From assembly GCA_041907345.1 (NCBI GenBank), contig JAYRHL010000007.1:31933-95932 (forward strand): a stretch of DNA of 64,000 bases, in the 5' to 3' direction. Source of the stretch: Candidatus Saccharimonadaceae bacterium. GTDB taxonomy: Bacteria > Patescibacteriota > Saccharimonadia > Saccharimonadales > Saccharimonadaceae. The notes beneath the pieces were generated by a model that did no database searches, was not told the DNA's origin, and worked only from the letters and a program-made list of their open reading frames with translations. A program made the translations under genes and the position numbers. This document shows positions 7,868-17,602 of this stretch, one piece after another. Position 1 is the first letter of the stretch. Each line of letters starts with the position of its first letter.

Positions 7868-8878
7868 ATGGCTAAAAAAGCTGATTTGCTTGCACAAGCA
7901 AAGACACTCGGTCTCGAAGTGACCGACAAAAACACTATCGCGGAAATCGAAGCCGCTATTAACGGCGCTGCTGCTCCTGTTGTTGAAGCAGAAGTTGCCG
8001 TCGAAGCTGAAGCAGTTGTTGAGGAAAAAACGGCCGCAAAAGCAGGCAAACGTAGTACAAAAGTACAGCGTGAAGTTGCTGAAAAACTAGAGAAAGAAGC
8101 TCGCAAAGAAGCAGGCGACACGACTCCACAGTCAGAAGAAGCTGAATCTCACCACAAAAAAGGCAAAGCTCCTGTTACTCGTCCGCGTATCGAACGCCGT
8201 GGCAAAAACTACCGCAAAGCTGCTGAACTAGTCGAAAAAGACAAAGTTTACTCAATCGCAGAAGCACTAGAACTCGCGACGAAAACAAGCCCTGTAAAAT
8301 TCGACGCGTCTGTTGAACTACACGTACGCCTCGGTGTTGACCCACGTCAGGCTGACCAAAACATCCGTGCAACTGTCGCTCTACCAAACGGTAGCGGTAA
8401 AACAGTTCGTATCGCTGTATTCGCACCAGAAGGCGACCACGCTGCAGCGAAAAAAGCCGGTGCAGACATCGTTGGTGACGAAGAATTCATCAAACAACTC
8501 GACAAAGAAGAATTGAATTTTGACATCCTCGTTGCAACACCTGCATACATGCCAAAACTTGGTAAATATGCTCGTTTGCTCGGCCCACGCGGTCTGATGC
8601 CAAACCCAAAGAGCGGCACCGTTGCTGCTGATGTAGCAAAAGCAGTTACCGAAGCAAAAGCCGGTCGTGTTGAATATCGTGTCGACAAACAAGCGATCGT
8701 ACACGTTGCTATCGGTAAAGTCAGCTTTGGTACTGATAAACTACTGGTTAACGCCAACGCGTTCCTCGATAGCCTCAAATCACAAAAACCTGCCAGCCTC
8801 AAAGGTAACTACGTGAAATCTACAAGCGTATCAACAACTATGGGCCCTGGCATCAAGGTAGAAACAACCCTGAACTAG
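7868..8878 (+). CDS. rplA: 50S ribosomal protein L1 with ~110-aa N-terminal extension
   Basis: Residues ~113-336 align by eye with L1 (LGVDPRQADQNIR, LGPRGLMPNPKSGTV, STTMGPG). The N-terminus is an Ala/Glu/Lys-rich extra segment. Confidence 0.9.
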   Translation: MAKKADLLAQAKTLGLEVTDKNTIAEIEAAINGAAAPVVEAEVAVEAEAVVEEKTAAKAGKRSTKVQREVAEKLEKEARKEAGDTTPQSEEAESHHKKGKAPVTRPRIERRGKNYRKAAELVEKDKVYSIAEALELATKTSPVKFDASVELHVRLGVDPRQADQNIRATVALPNGSGKTVRIAVFAPEGDHAAAKKAGADIVGDEEFIKQLDKEELNFDILVATPAYMPKLGKYARLLGPRGLMPNPKSGTVAADVAKAVTEAKAGRVEYRVDKQAIVHVAIGKVSFGTDKLLVNANAFLDSLKSQKPASLKGNYVKSTSVSTTMGPGIKVETTLN

Positions 8879-8901
8879 TTAGTGTCATTTTAACAGCAAA
8901 A

Positions 8902-8925
8902 ACAGCCCTGCAAAGAGGCTGTTTT
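8902..8925 (+). terminator. Intrinsic terminator after rplA
   Basis: ACAGCC/GGCTGT stem followed by TTTT. Confidence 0.5.
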
Positions 8926-8954
8926 GCTTTGATGGAATGATATGATTGAAAAAT

Positions 8955-9935
8955 ATGACAACGCTTTACTCGGCAAAGCGACGTGCAGCTTTGGCAAGCA
9001 CAAGAGCACACAACAGGCACATGCACCATATTGCATGGGGTATTGTTTGTGCGTTATTGATTGCCGTTGTATCCGGATTATGGGTTCATTCTCAATCACT
9101 TGAATCTGCTAACCGTGACTTACGACGCCAACTTGCGGTCGCACAATCACATCCAAAAACATGTAAGGTAAAGGACGCCTGGACGGCGAACACTTCCAAA
9201 GAATATTCGGTTGTCACAAAGGATGGTGAACGAAGATATATCGTTCACGTTCCGGCTGATTTCCAGGATGGTCAATACTATCCACTTGTATTTTTCTATA
9301 CAGGCAAAGGAGCATCACCCGTTGAGTCAGAAGCTGCGTTCGGTCTGGACGCGTTACCGACCATCACTGTATACCCGTATCCAACAATCGGCCTTGATGG
9401 TGCGACCGCTTGGGATGGTGCTCCATATGCATCAGGTGCGGACGACGTTGCGTTTACTCAAAATATTCTGGAAAAAGTTCAATCCGACCTTTGCATAGAC
9501 AAAACGCGCGTCTATGCTACTGGTTTTTCAAATGGCGGTGGCTTTGCGGCATTACTATCGTGCAAGCTGCCCGGACGTTTCGCCGCCTACGCAGTTGTTG
9601 CTGGCGCACTCTACTATCCTTACGGTAAGTGCTTGCCACCCAAACCATCACCCCTCATGAGCATCCATGGTGATGACGACAAAATAGTACCCTACGATGG
9701 CGTACTATCACGCAATCTTCCACCGGTTTATTCATGGGCCTCCATGCGTGCCAAAGCAGAGAACTGCAAGCAGCCAACGATGAATCACCCACGTATCAAT
9801 ATCGAGATCACGACGTGGGGAGGATGTCGCTCGGGATCATCGATACAAAATATTCGTATCGTTGGTGGCATTCATGCATGGGGCGAGGTTTCCAACGATA
9901 CCCTTTGGTCGTTTTTATCGCGATTTTCACTTTAG
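8955..9935 (+). CDS. Membrane-anchored alpha/beta hydrolase, PHB-depolymerase/LpqC-family esterase
   Basis: One N-terminal TM. GFSNGG nucleophile elbow (GxSxG), HGDDD and GGIHAWG motifs. Confidence 0.7.
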   Translation: MTTLYSAKRRAALASTRAHNRHMHHIAWGIVCALLIAVVSGLWVHSQSLESANRDLRRQLAVAQSHPKTCKVKDAWTANTSKEYSVVTKDGERRYIVHVPADFQDGQYYPLVFFYTGKGASPVESEAAFGLDALPTITVYPYPTIGLDGATAWDGAPYASGADDVAFTQNILEKVQSDLCIDKTRVYATGFSNGGGFAALLSCKLPGRFAAYAVVAGALYYPYGKCLPPKPSPLMSIHGDDDKIVPYDGVLSRNLPPVYSWASMRAKAENCKQPTMNHPRINIEITTWGGCRSGSSIQNIRIVGGIHAWGEVSNDTLWSFLSRFSL

Positions 9936-10041
9936 CACCGTTGTATTTTCCATAATGGTAATGACTGTCGACAAGTGGTAGAATAAGCGTAATAGGGCGG
10001 GCAAAAACAAACACTTTCTTGGGGTTAATTAAGGAGGATAT

Positions 10042-11100
10042 ATGACATTTGAGACGAAAGTTCTTGCTGATTCGATTTCTGACCGTGACATTCGCCTGAC
10101 AACGGTCGAGGCGACATACCCGCGTCTCATTCACTCGGAATTAATGACACATCGTGTGTTCAGCCGTAACTCGGCCAGCACGCGCGCTATTCCTTTGTTC
10201 AACCAGGTCGTTAATTTGATTAATAAACCGTTCATCCCTGAAAAATTCGGTATCAATCAACCTGGAATGCAATCATTCCGTCACCTTGCAGGCATGAAAC
10301 ACGAACAAGCCACCGAAATTTGGCTACGTGGCCGCGACCGCGCATTAACAACCGCTCTCGAATTGGTATTAGGACAAGAAGTCATGGCGGATTTGTTAGA
10401 TTACGATCCGACGTCTGAATATCCAAATGGCGCAACATACAAAGAAGAGATCTACCAGATTCGTGACGTCCTACCAAAAAGCACCGATACAATCGATCTG
10501 TCCGAAACATCAATGCTAAACGTACATAAACAACTAGCCGGGCGTGGTCTGGAAGCATACATGTGGCATACTGTCATCATCACGGCAACGGAATGGGACA
10601 ACTTTATCGGCCTCCGCGTCCATCCTGATGCCCAGGGCGAAATTGCCACCAGTGCACGCCTGACCGAAATCGCTCTCGATACATCAACGCCTCGCCGATT
10701 AAAGGCCGGTGAATGGCACTTACCATTAGTTGATCCCGGTGAATTCAGTAACGAATTTGACGCGATTCGCGCATCGGCAGCACGTTGCGCTGCAGTCAGT
10801 TATAACCGTCATGAAACGAAAAACCCGCAAAAAGAATATGAACGATATAGCGACCTCCGTAACGGAGGTCACATGTCACCACTCGAGCACCAGGCAACGC
10901 CATTTGACGAATCTGACTGGTTGATTGTTGGTGCACAGCAGACCATCACGCGCGACCTCCTGGCCGTACACGCACTTGGCAAACACTACAGCAAGCACCT
11001 TGAAAACACCGAATTTTTAGGGAATTTCCGCGGCTGGGTGCAACACCGCAAACAAGTGCCGTACGAACAAGACTTTTCACAAATTACAAAGGAATCCTAA
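10042..11100 (+). CDS. thyX: FAD-dependent thymidylate synthase ThyX (long form, 352 aa)
   Basis: ThyX signature THRVFSRNSASTRA (RHRxxSxxxxSxR-like). AGGAGG SD. Confidence 0.85.
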   Translation: MTFETKVLADSISDRDIRLTTVEATYPRLIHSELMTHRVFSRNSASTRAIPLFNQVVNLINKPFIPEKFGINQPGMQSFRHLAGMKHEQATEIWLRGRDRALTTALELVLGQEVMADLLDYDPTSEYPNGATYKEEIYQIRDVLPKSTDTIDLSETSMLNVHKQLAGRGLEAYMWHTVIITATEWDNFIGLRVHPDAQGEIATSARLTEIALDTSTPRRLKAGEWHLPLVDPGEFSNEFDAIRASAARCAAVSYNRHETKNPQKEYERYSDLRNGGHMSPLEHQATPFDESDWLIVGAQQTITRDLLAVHALGKHYSKHLENTEFLGNFRGWVQHRKQVPYEQDFSQITKES

Positions 11101-11106
11101 TTTACC

Positions 11107-12066
11107 ATGTCCGAACACAAACAGCCAGTTATTAAAGTCGTTGGTGGCATCGAAACCTTCGCCAAAGAGGACAACTACGGTGTGTCCTGGGAAGATGACG
11201 TAAAATACCACGCTGCATCATTAAATGATCTTCCGGTGCGTACTTTCAAAGGACGCGTTGAAGGCCAGGGTGGCGTACTAAGCGATAAAGAACTCATTGT
11301 CGCATTGGAACTGGGGCATATTATTTGCGAGCCTAAACCAGCCCGCATCAATTCATCAAGTATCGACGTGCGCCTGGGTGAAAATTTCTACTTGGCTGGC
11401 GACGCACGTAAAGTCGGTGCTATCTTTAACCCATTTGATGAGGATGATGTTAATCGTTATTTCGGCAAGCCTCTCGTTGCAAAACCTGCCGAGTTTGTCA
11501 TCAAAAAGGCATTGGAGCACCTTGATCATATTCAAGATTTAGAAGTCCTCCCGAGCGGCATCATTGAACAGCGACGGGCATCTTTAGAATCCGTTATCGA
11601 GCATAAAAACCTCAACGGCATTGCAGAAGATCACCCAATTATACTCTTGCGTCCTGGCGAACGAGTGCTGGGTCATACTGATGAATTTATCGGCATCAAA
11701 CCACCCGGAACAACGAGCATGCAGTCACGCAGTACGACAGGCCGAATGGGTGTCGCTGCATGTTTCTGTGCCGGATGGGGCGACTCTGGCTATATCAACC
11801 GTTGGACGATGGAAATCAACAATCTCAACGAATACGAATACGTGCCATTACCTATTGGCCTACGCATGGCGCAGATTGTATTCTCGACGACAGGACCGGT
11901 CGCTGTCGAATATAGCAAGGCAAGCGGCAACTATCAAAAAAGTGACTCAGACAGTATCGAAGAACTAAAAAGATCGTGGCAACCAACATCAATGAAACCA
12001 CGAAGCTTCAAGGATATCGACGAACTGGACGCTTGGAGAGCGGGAATGCTCGGACGTATAGCCTAA
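11107..12066 (+). CDS. dcd: dCTP deaminase family protein (enlarged, 319 aa)
   Basis: SSIDVRLGENFY, MQSRSTTGRMGV and GWGDSGY match the dCTP deaminase/dUTPase fold motifs. Confidence 0.75.
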   Translation: MSEHKQPVIKVVGGIETFAKEDNYGVSWEDDVKYHAASLNDLPVRTFKGRVEGQGGVLSDKELIVALELGHIICEPKPARINSSSIDVRLGENFYLAGDARKVGAIFNPFDEDDVNRYFGKPLVAKPAEFVIKKALEHLDHIQDLEVLPSGIIEQRRASLESVIEHKNLNGIAEDHPIILLRPGERVLGHTDEFIGIKPPGTTSMQSRSTTGRMGVAACFCAGWGDSGYINRWTMEINNLNEYEYVPLPIGLRMAQIVFSTTGPVAVEYSKASGNYQKSDSDSIEELKRSWQPTSMKPRSFKDIDELDAWRAGMLGRIA

Positions 12067-12725
12067 TGGCGGAAGGTCTCTATATTGTCATCGAAGGCCT
12101 CGACGGCACCGGTAAATCGACACAGGTTACCAAACTGCGGCAAACGCTTGGTCGCCATGGACTGGGGTCGATCGAATTTAGTGAACCTGCCACTGATCCC
12201 AAAGATGGTACGGAGGACGTACTGATCGCAGATGCACTGCGCACTGTTATCAAAAACGGCACCCTCGAGCGCGACGCGCTGACAAACTTGTTCCTATTCA
12301 GTGCGGCTCGGCATGAAAAATGGCACCAAAAGGGCTTGCCCACGTTACGATTAGGACACTATGTCGTTGCTGCCCGTAATTACTGGTCAACCGAAGCATA
12401 CCAGGGGTACGGAGAAGGTCTCGATCTCGACCTTATTTATCAACAAACACGGCTAGCGACTGACGAACGCTACATGAATCCCGATATTGCCATTATTCTC
12501 AACATGGATAACGAATCAGAGCGATTAGACCGCATTGCTCAACGCGGGCCGATTGAAAACCCTGATACATTTGAATCACGTGGTAACGACTTTCAGACAA
12601 AAGTGAACAACGCATACCTCGATATCGCCAACCGCTATGATGTTCCTGTCATATCGGCGGCCGGTACACCAGACGAAGTGTCAGAACGAATCTGGGATAT
12701 CGTTGCCCACAAACTTTCTGTATAG
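12066..12725 (+). CDS. tmk: Thymidylate kinase
   Basis: P-loop IVIEGLDGTGKST. The start overlaps the dcd stop (TAATG). Confidence 0.85.
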   Translation: MAEGLYIVIEGLDGTGKSTQVTKLRQTLGRHGLGSIEFSEPATDPKDGTEDVLIADALRTVIKNGTLERDALTNLFLFSAARHEKWHQKGLPTLRLGHYVVAARNYWSTEAYQGYGEGLDLDLIYQQTRLATDERYMNPDIAIILNMDNESERLDRIAQRGPIENPDTFESRGNDFQTKVNNAYLDIANRYDVPVISAAGTPDEVSERIWDIVAHKLSV

Positions 12726-12826
12726 CCAGCATCTTTAAGCACGAGAATTAAGCGTAATATAATATTGTTTATGTTTTGCAAATTTTGTTATAGAATATAA
12801 CAAATACTAATGCCGTGGAGGGTGTG

Positions 12827-13216
12827 ATGTTAACCATACGTAAACGATTGATTCATAAAAAAAGCTATTGGGCGAGCGGACTAGCCGTCATGATCTGTAT
12901 ATCAATTGTGACCTCATTGAACATGCAAACAACAATTCGTCCGGACCGTTTGAGTGCAATTATTCATCATTCAGTTTCCACAAAAACCGACGATCAACAA
13001 CAGGCGCCAGTAACAGCGAACGAAACCAAAACAGCAACAACAACGCAAAAATCACAGAATCAGACATCATCAAATAACACGGCGACAACAACGCAACAAA
13101 CAGCAGTTGATTCGACACCCGTACCGTCTGACACGCCAACGCCGTCGCCCAGTCCCGATCCAACACCCACACCAGATCCAACACCCGTTCCTAGTGATCA
13201 GCCATTAGAGCCCTAG
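12827..13216 (+). CDS. Membrane-anchored Thr/Pro-rich protein
   Basis: GGAGGG SD before the ATG at residue 5. One TM, then a T/Q/P low-complexity tail (TPTPSPSPDPTPTPDPTP). Confidence 0.5.
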   Translation: MLTIRKRLIHKKSYWASGLAVMICISIVTSLNMQTTIRPDRLSAIIHHSVSTKTDDQQQAPVTANETKTATTTQKSQNQTSSNNTATTTQQTAVDSTPVPSDTPTPSPSPDPTPTPDPTPVPSDQPLEP

Positions 13217-13219
13217 TGA

Positions 13220-14248
13220 CTAAAACCCAGGCACGAATCCTTTGGCACCATTCAAAGCACTTTTTGCCGCCTGTGTACCCAGGCTAATCGCATGATCAAT
13301 GCGGCTCTTATGGCGACCGTTGCGTTCGCGCCTCGCGTCTTCGTAGGCACTCGGATAATAACGAACTGCGTCGGGTAGAGCATTCCACAATACCTTGGTT
13401 GCATCACGCAGGCCGTCTAGTTGCTGCTGTTCCGAACGAGAAAAAGGAATATTGAATTTGGCACGGATATCGGCAGGTAGTTCACCAATGGACAACAAAC
13501 TCACGACTTCTGTCACCGGCATAATCGCAGTCTTTGCCATGAACCATACAGCACGCGGTAACGATTCTGGACGAGGTGGTCGACGATCAAGCGCCATAGA
13601 AATCGCGCGCTCCGCCGATGGGTTCATTTCTAGTACGTTATTCAGCATATTGCGTCGATAAACCACATTGGCACTATAGTCTGCAGGCACCATGTTCATA
13701 GGCATTCCATAGTAACTAAACCAGGTTGTGGATTCGAGTTGTAACTGTTCTCGACCCATATCATCGAGTGATTTGGTCGTATATTTTTCGGCGCTATTCT
13801 GGACTCCACGATGGAACGTATTGTGTGCCCAATAGAATGCATCGGGGCTAAGAGCATTGAATTTGCGACCAGCATGATCAATGCCATGAATGCCTTTGTG
13901 GAGGTTGCGAACATGATTACCGGCGGCACGAGGATCATGCGCGTACACGACTGCCATGATTGGATCCATTGATACTGCGACGCGGCTATAGGGATTACTC
14001 CAGAATTTTCCTGTATGTTCGACGGCCGCACCGATTTCGGGATGGAGTAGTTGTTCCAGTCCAATCGATATTTGCATGCCATATTTCAAATCGCCGAGTT
14101 CACGTTTGGTGATCGAACGGCTATCAAGTGGCGCACCAATCAGTTCAACGCCATCATCATTGATAACAGGTCGACCATATCCATCCACAATCAAAAACTC
14201 TCGTGATTTTTCGCTAGTGGCGAGTGTTTCGTATTCTGGACGGGACAT
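13220..14248 (-). CDS. MpaB/DUF2236-family oxygenase-like protein
   Basis: ATG at residue 23 with a GGAGAT SD. HKGIHGIDHAGRKFNALSPDAFYWAHNTF resembles the DUF2236 core (from memory). Confidence 0.55.
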   Translation of the reverse strand: MSRPEYETLATSEKSREFLIVDGYGRPVINDDGVELIGAPLDSRSITKRELGDLKYGMQISIGLEQLLHPEIGAAVEHTGKFWSNPYSRVAVSMDPIMAVVYAHDPRAAGNHVRNLHKGIHGIDHAGRKFNALSPDAFYWAHNTFHRGVQNSAEKYTTKSLDDMGREQLQLESTTWFSYYGMPMNMVPADYSANVVYRRNMLNNVLEMNPSAERAISMALDRRPPRPESLPRAVWFMAKTAIMPVTEVVSLLSIGELPADIRAKFNIPFSRSEQQQLDGLRDATKVLWNALPDAVRYYPSAYEDARRERNGRHKSRIDHAISLGTQAAKSALNGAKGFVPGF

Positions 14249-14310
14249 GAATATCTCCGATGTTATACAAATGGTATTTATATTATTTTTACAACAATAT
14301 ATGTATTCGG

Positions 14311-14814
14311 TCAAGAATACGGTTCGGCTGCGACGAATTTATCGACCCACACAGCCAGGACACCCAATTGATGATGAAGTTTTCGATTGTGCGGTTTATC
14401 GACAAAATCGTACGCAGTGACATGGAATGAATCAGACACGTAGTGACGACGTCGTCGTTGCTGGGCATACACTTTGCGTCGCGATACAGAAACGGTACGA
14501 TTGTCGCGCCCGTCGTGCATGCTTAAATAAAATCCGAGCGCACTTCGACCGATTGCATCATCAATCGTCACAATACGATGACCAGTGTGAGCTCCGTAAA
14601 GATGCCGATCATCTGCCTGTTCAAGAACGGGGTCTTGGACGTGTTGCTGTAATGTATTCCAAATGGTATCGAACTGTTCCAGGTAGGGCTGTGCAGCGGC
14701 GCGCTTTTCTTTATACCAAGTGTCGTAGGCTTCTTTGTCCGGCATGCCATGCACATAGGCCAATATACTGTCTTGGCTAATAGGCGGTTGGGACTCTGGC
14801 AGAATAATAGTCAT
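14311..14814 (-). CDS. Hypothetical protein (167 aa)
   Basis: ORF only. TGATATAGT lies 8 nt upstream of the ATG. Confidence 0.5.
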   Translation of the reverse strand: MTIILPESQPPISQDSILAYVHGMPDKEAYDTWYKEKRAAAQPYLEQFDTIWNTLQQHVQDPVLEQADDRHLYGAHTGHRIVTIDDAIGRSALGFYLSMHDGRDNRTVSVSRRKVYAQQRRRRHYVSDSFHVTAYDFVDKPHNRKLHHQLGVLAVWVDKFVAAEPYS

Positions 14815-14929
14815 TGGCCACCACTATATCACGATTGTTATCTGTAATAAATGGACGAGCACCGGGAATGTACGGTATAATGCGGTAAATCTGAGCGTAC
14901 ATGTTCGGATAGTACCGAAAGGCAGCACA

Positions 14930-15259
14930 ATGACCGTTGATCCGCGTTTCTTTCAGGGGGAACTGGTGAACGATAGGCCGACGAATGAATTCGACCTGCT
15001 CAGGCATTGTCCGGCGGTGTTTCGCGATAGCGAGAATCCGTGGAATGTCTACGCAAGTCGACTTTTTCATGAAGGCGGCATGTTTACTAGCTGGGACTGG
15101 AAACAGATGAGTCGCACAGACAAGACAGACCTGGAAGTAAAATTCACCAATCTGCTGCGTGCGACCAATTCGCAACTGAGCGACGAAAATCGCGTTGCGA
15201 TTCTGGCATGGATGCTGAGCGAAATGCTCAGCGACGTCCCCGAGCGCACTGTCGCGTAA
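14930..15259 (+). CDS. Hypothetical protein (109 aa)
   Basis: A candidate promoter lies upstream (TGGACG-N18-TATAAT, about 14854-14883). A plus-strand hairpin with a T-run follows at about 15273-15311. It competes with antisense ORF 14777..15316. Confidence 0.4.
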   Translation: MTVDPRFFQGELVNDRPTNEFDLLRHCPAVFRDSENPWNVYASRLFHEGGMFTSWDWKQMSRTDKTDLEVKFTNLLRATNSQLSDENRVAILAWMLSEMLSDVPERTVA

Positions 15260-15334
15260 ATCCACATCACTACTGCCAAAAGGCGTCGTTACCTTGCGTA
15301 CGGCGCCTTTTTTCATTCATGTTATTATGTGCTT

Positions 15335-15628
15335 ATGGCAAATACATCGAAAAAATATTGGTTCAAACGCCGACGCTACGGGTACGGCTGGACGCCTGTC
15401 ACATGGCAAGGCTGGGCGACAATCATCATTTATTTGTTCGCATTATTGGGGTACGCATTCACTATGGATGAAGCATCGCCCGAAGGTACCCTGGAAGATG
15501 TCTATACATACCTAGGGGTTGTCTTTGCAATGACGATTGTTCTGATTATTGTTACGAGCGTGAAAGGCCCTCGACCAAAATGGCGCTGGGGTCAAAAAGA
15601 AACAGACGATCCGAACATCGACTGGTAA
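15335..15628 (+). CDS. Small membrane protein (97 aa)
   Basis: Two TM segments. TGTTATTAT -10 element lies 6 nt upstream of the ATG (leaderless type). Confidence 0.55.
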   Translation: MANTSKKYWFKRRRYGYGWTPVTWQGWATIIIYLFALLGYAFTMDEASPEGTLEDVYTYLGVVFAMTIVLIIVTSVKGPRPKWRWGQKETDDPNIDW

Positions 15629-15721
15629 TCTTGTACATTCACAGCAAACGTAGTACAACTATGACTAGTCTGCACAGTGAGGCAGAGGTGTTTTACCAAA
15701 TCAACAACGAGAGGCAAGATC

Positions 15722-16432
15722 ATGCACCGAATCATGCGGATGATGATGGCTGTTGTTTTACCCATCGGTATGCTGTTGTTTGGTGCTGCGAATGCCCAAG
15801 CACAGACCGTTGACTGCACGTCGCACGTGCTTGATGCAACCGTTCGACAGGATGTCGACACCGATTTCATCAACAAGCAAATTGACGCGCTCTACAAAGT
15901 TGTTCCAGGTGCCGAGGTTTTCGTCCAGGCATACGAACAACTGCCCGACGGCAATACCGCCGACTTCTGGAAACTGTGCGCCAACTGGCGCAATGCGGCC
16001 GGCGACAATCCCAAGGATAACTTGGTACTCGTCGTTTACGGTCGTGATGTCGACCAAGTCAGTGTGTATTACGGGTATGCATTTGAAACCGCCATTTCTC
16101 CCTATCGTAACGGGATGATGAACATGGCGAATGTCAATTTGGGACCCGACCGTTCACAGGTAAATGGCGACTATCTGACGTCTGCGCTGGTCGAACCGCT
16201 GATCAGCACGCCGTTCTATCTGAAGACCTCGGCACACTATTCTGCGGCTGATGGTACCTACCATCTCCCGCCGTATGATCCGGGTGCCGGATTTCAGTCT
16301 GATGTTGCCAGTCTGGTCAAGGTGACGATAATTGTCATTGTCGCTCTGACGTTGTTGGGTATTGTGCTCCGTCCGTTCGAACGCGCCGTCAATCGACGCA
16401 TCGATCAGCACAGAGAGCAGAACAGGTACTAG
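15722..16432 (+). CDS. Secreted/membrane TPM-domain-like protein
   Basis: Signal peptide and C-terminal TM. NLVLVVYGRDVDQVSVYYGYAFETAI resembles a TPM/DUF477 core (from memory). Confidence 0.5.
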   Translation: MHRIMRMMMAVVLPIGMLLFGAANAQAQTVDCTSHVLDATVRQDVDTDFINKQIDALYKVVPGAEVFVQAYEQLPDGNTADFWKLCANWRNAAGDNPKDNLVLVVYGRDVDQVSVYYGYAFETAISPYRNGMMNMANVNLGPDRSQVNGDYLTSALVEPLISTPFYLKTSAHYSAADGTYHLPPYDPGAGFQSDVASLVKVTIIVIVALTLLGIVLRPFERAVNRRIDQHREQNRY

Positions 16433-16454
16433 CTCCGGTTTATTCGGTCCGAGC

Positions 16455-16488
16455 AAAAAGCTCCGGGTCGCATGACCCGGAGCTTTTT
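16455..16488 (+). terminator. Intrinsic terminator
   Basis: AGCTCCGGGTC/GACCCGGAGCT 11-bp stem followed by TTTTT. Confidence 0.65.
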
Positions 16489-16573
16489 AAATGGGGTAAA
16501 CACGCATAAAAGATGATTGATTTATTCTTTCACAAGTACTACTATACTGATTAATAACGGAAGGAGACGGAGC

Positions 16574-17590
16574 ATGCCAAACTACGAAAAAAGCGAACCT
16601 CGATACAGTAGCAAAATGCCAGATGAGACATATAACAAAAAGCTACAAATATCCTCTCGACACTCTGCCAACTATGTGAATCTTGCTTATCCATACAAAA
16701 AAGTAGAAGCAATCGACTGGGACGATCCTGAATATGCAGTCACCGATGATGATACGCGCTGGATCATGCCGAATAATTTTGACTTAGGTGCTAGCAATTG
16801 GTACCAAAACCTACCGACCGAAGAGCAGATTCGTATCGGAAAGTATCGTTATGCACAGGTTGCCAAAACTGGTTCAGAATTTGAAGAAGCACTCATTGCA
16901 GGCATTATGCTTCGCAACATGCGCTTGCCTTCAGACCACGGCGAAGTAGAGTATTCAACTCACGAAGCTCATGAAGAAGTCCAACATATACAGATGTTCA
17001 AAAACATGGTTAATCGTATCGACAGCAAGCCCCATGGTGCGCCAAATTGGTTCCGCAACTTCAGCCTTTATGTTGGCCACGTCGCTCGACACGCACCTGT
17101 TGCGTTCTGGGCGATTGTTCTAGCAGGCGAAGAACCTATTGATTACACGCAGCGAGATCTTGTCAAAATGGGTCGCGAGGGACTCAACATTCATCCAATG
17201 CTTGAAAAGGTCATGGACTGGCATATCAAAGAAGAAGCGCATCATATTAATTTTGCAGACCGGTATCAGAAACAACGAATCGAAAAACTAACTCCTCTGC
17301 AAAAGCAGCTTTTTGCAGCAACTCTTCCTCTTATCCTACGTGTTGCGGCAAATGCGATCCTAAAACCAAGCAAGCAGGATCAAAAAGCAATGGGAATACC
17401 AGACGAAGTGATGAAAGAAGTTTGGTGGAATTCAGAATCTGGCCAAAAGAACCTCAACGGCATGTTTGCGAATACCGCTCGTCGTGCCGATGTCCTCGGC
17501 CTTCGTAATGGCGACGAAAAACTTGGAGCACCCAAGAATCGACTCGGTCAGCTAGCCTGGAGACTCGCAGGTCTTAACCCGACAAAATAA
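16574..17590 (+). CDS. Diiron oxygenase (AurF/ferritin-like family)
   Basis: Two E...ExxH motifs (HEAHEEVQH, IKEEAHH). GGAGACGGAG SD. Confidence 0.55.
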   Translation: MPNYEKSEPRYSSKMPDETYNKKLQISSRHSANYVNLAYPYKKVEAIDWDDPEYAVTDDDTRWIMPNNFDLGASNWYQNLPTEEQIRIGKYRYAQVAKTGSEFEEALIAGIMLRNMRLPSDHGEVEYSTHEAHEEVQHIQMFKNMVNRIDSKPHGAPNWFRNFSLYVGHVARHAPVAFWAIVLAGEEPIDYTQRDLVKMGREGLNIHPMLEKVMDWHIKEEAHHINFADRYQKQRIEKLTPLQKQLFAATLPLILRVAANAILKPSKQDQKAMGIPDEVMKEVWWNSESGQKNLNGMFANTARRADVLGLRNGDEKLGAPKNRLGQLAWRLAGLNPTK

Positions 17591-17602
17591 ATGACAAAAA
17601 GA

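Noticed and set aside
12990-13216. An apparent tandem DNA repeat (ACACC/CCAAC-rich).
   Set aside because: It is the coding sequence of a Thr/Pro/Gln low-complexity tail of ORF 12827..13216, not an independent repeat element.
14777-15316. A 179-aa minus-strand ORF overlapping ORF 14930..15259 (+).
   Set aside because: Its first ~15 codons are encoded by the plus-strand terminator hairpin, and the internal ATG at 15069 has no SD. The plus ORF has a candidate promoter and terminator. Still ambiguous, so the plus ORF is given only 0.4 confidence.
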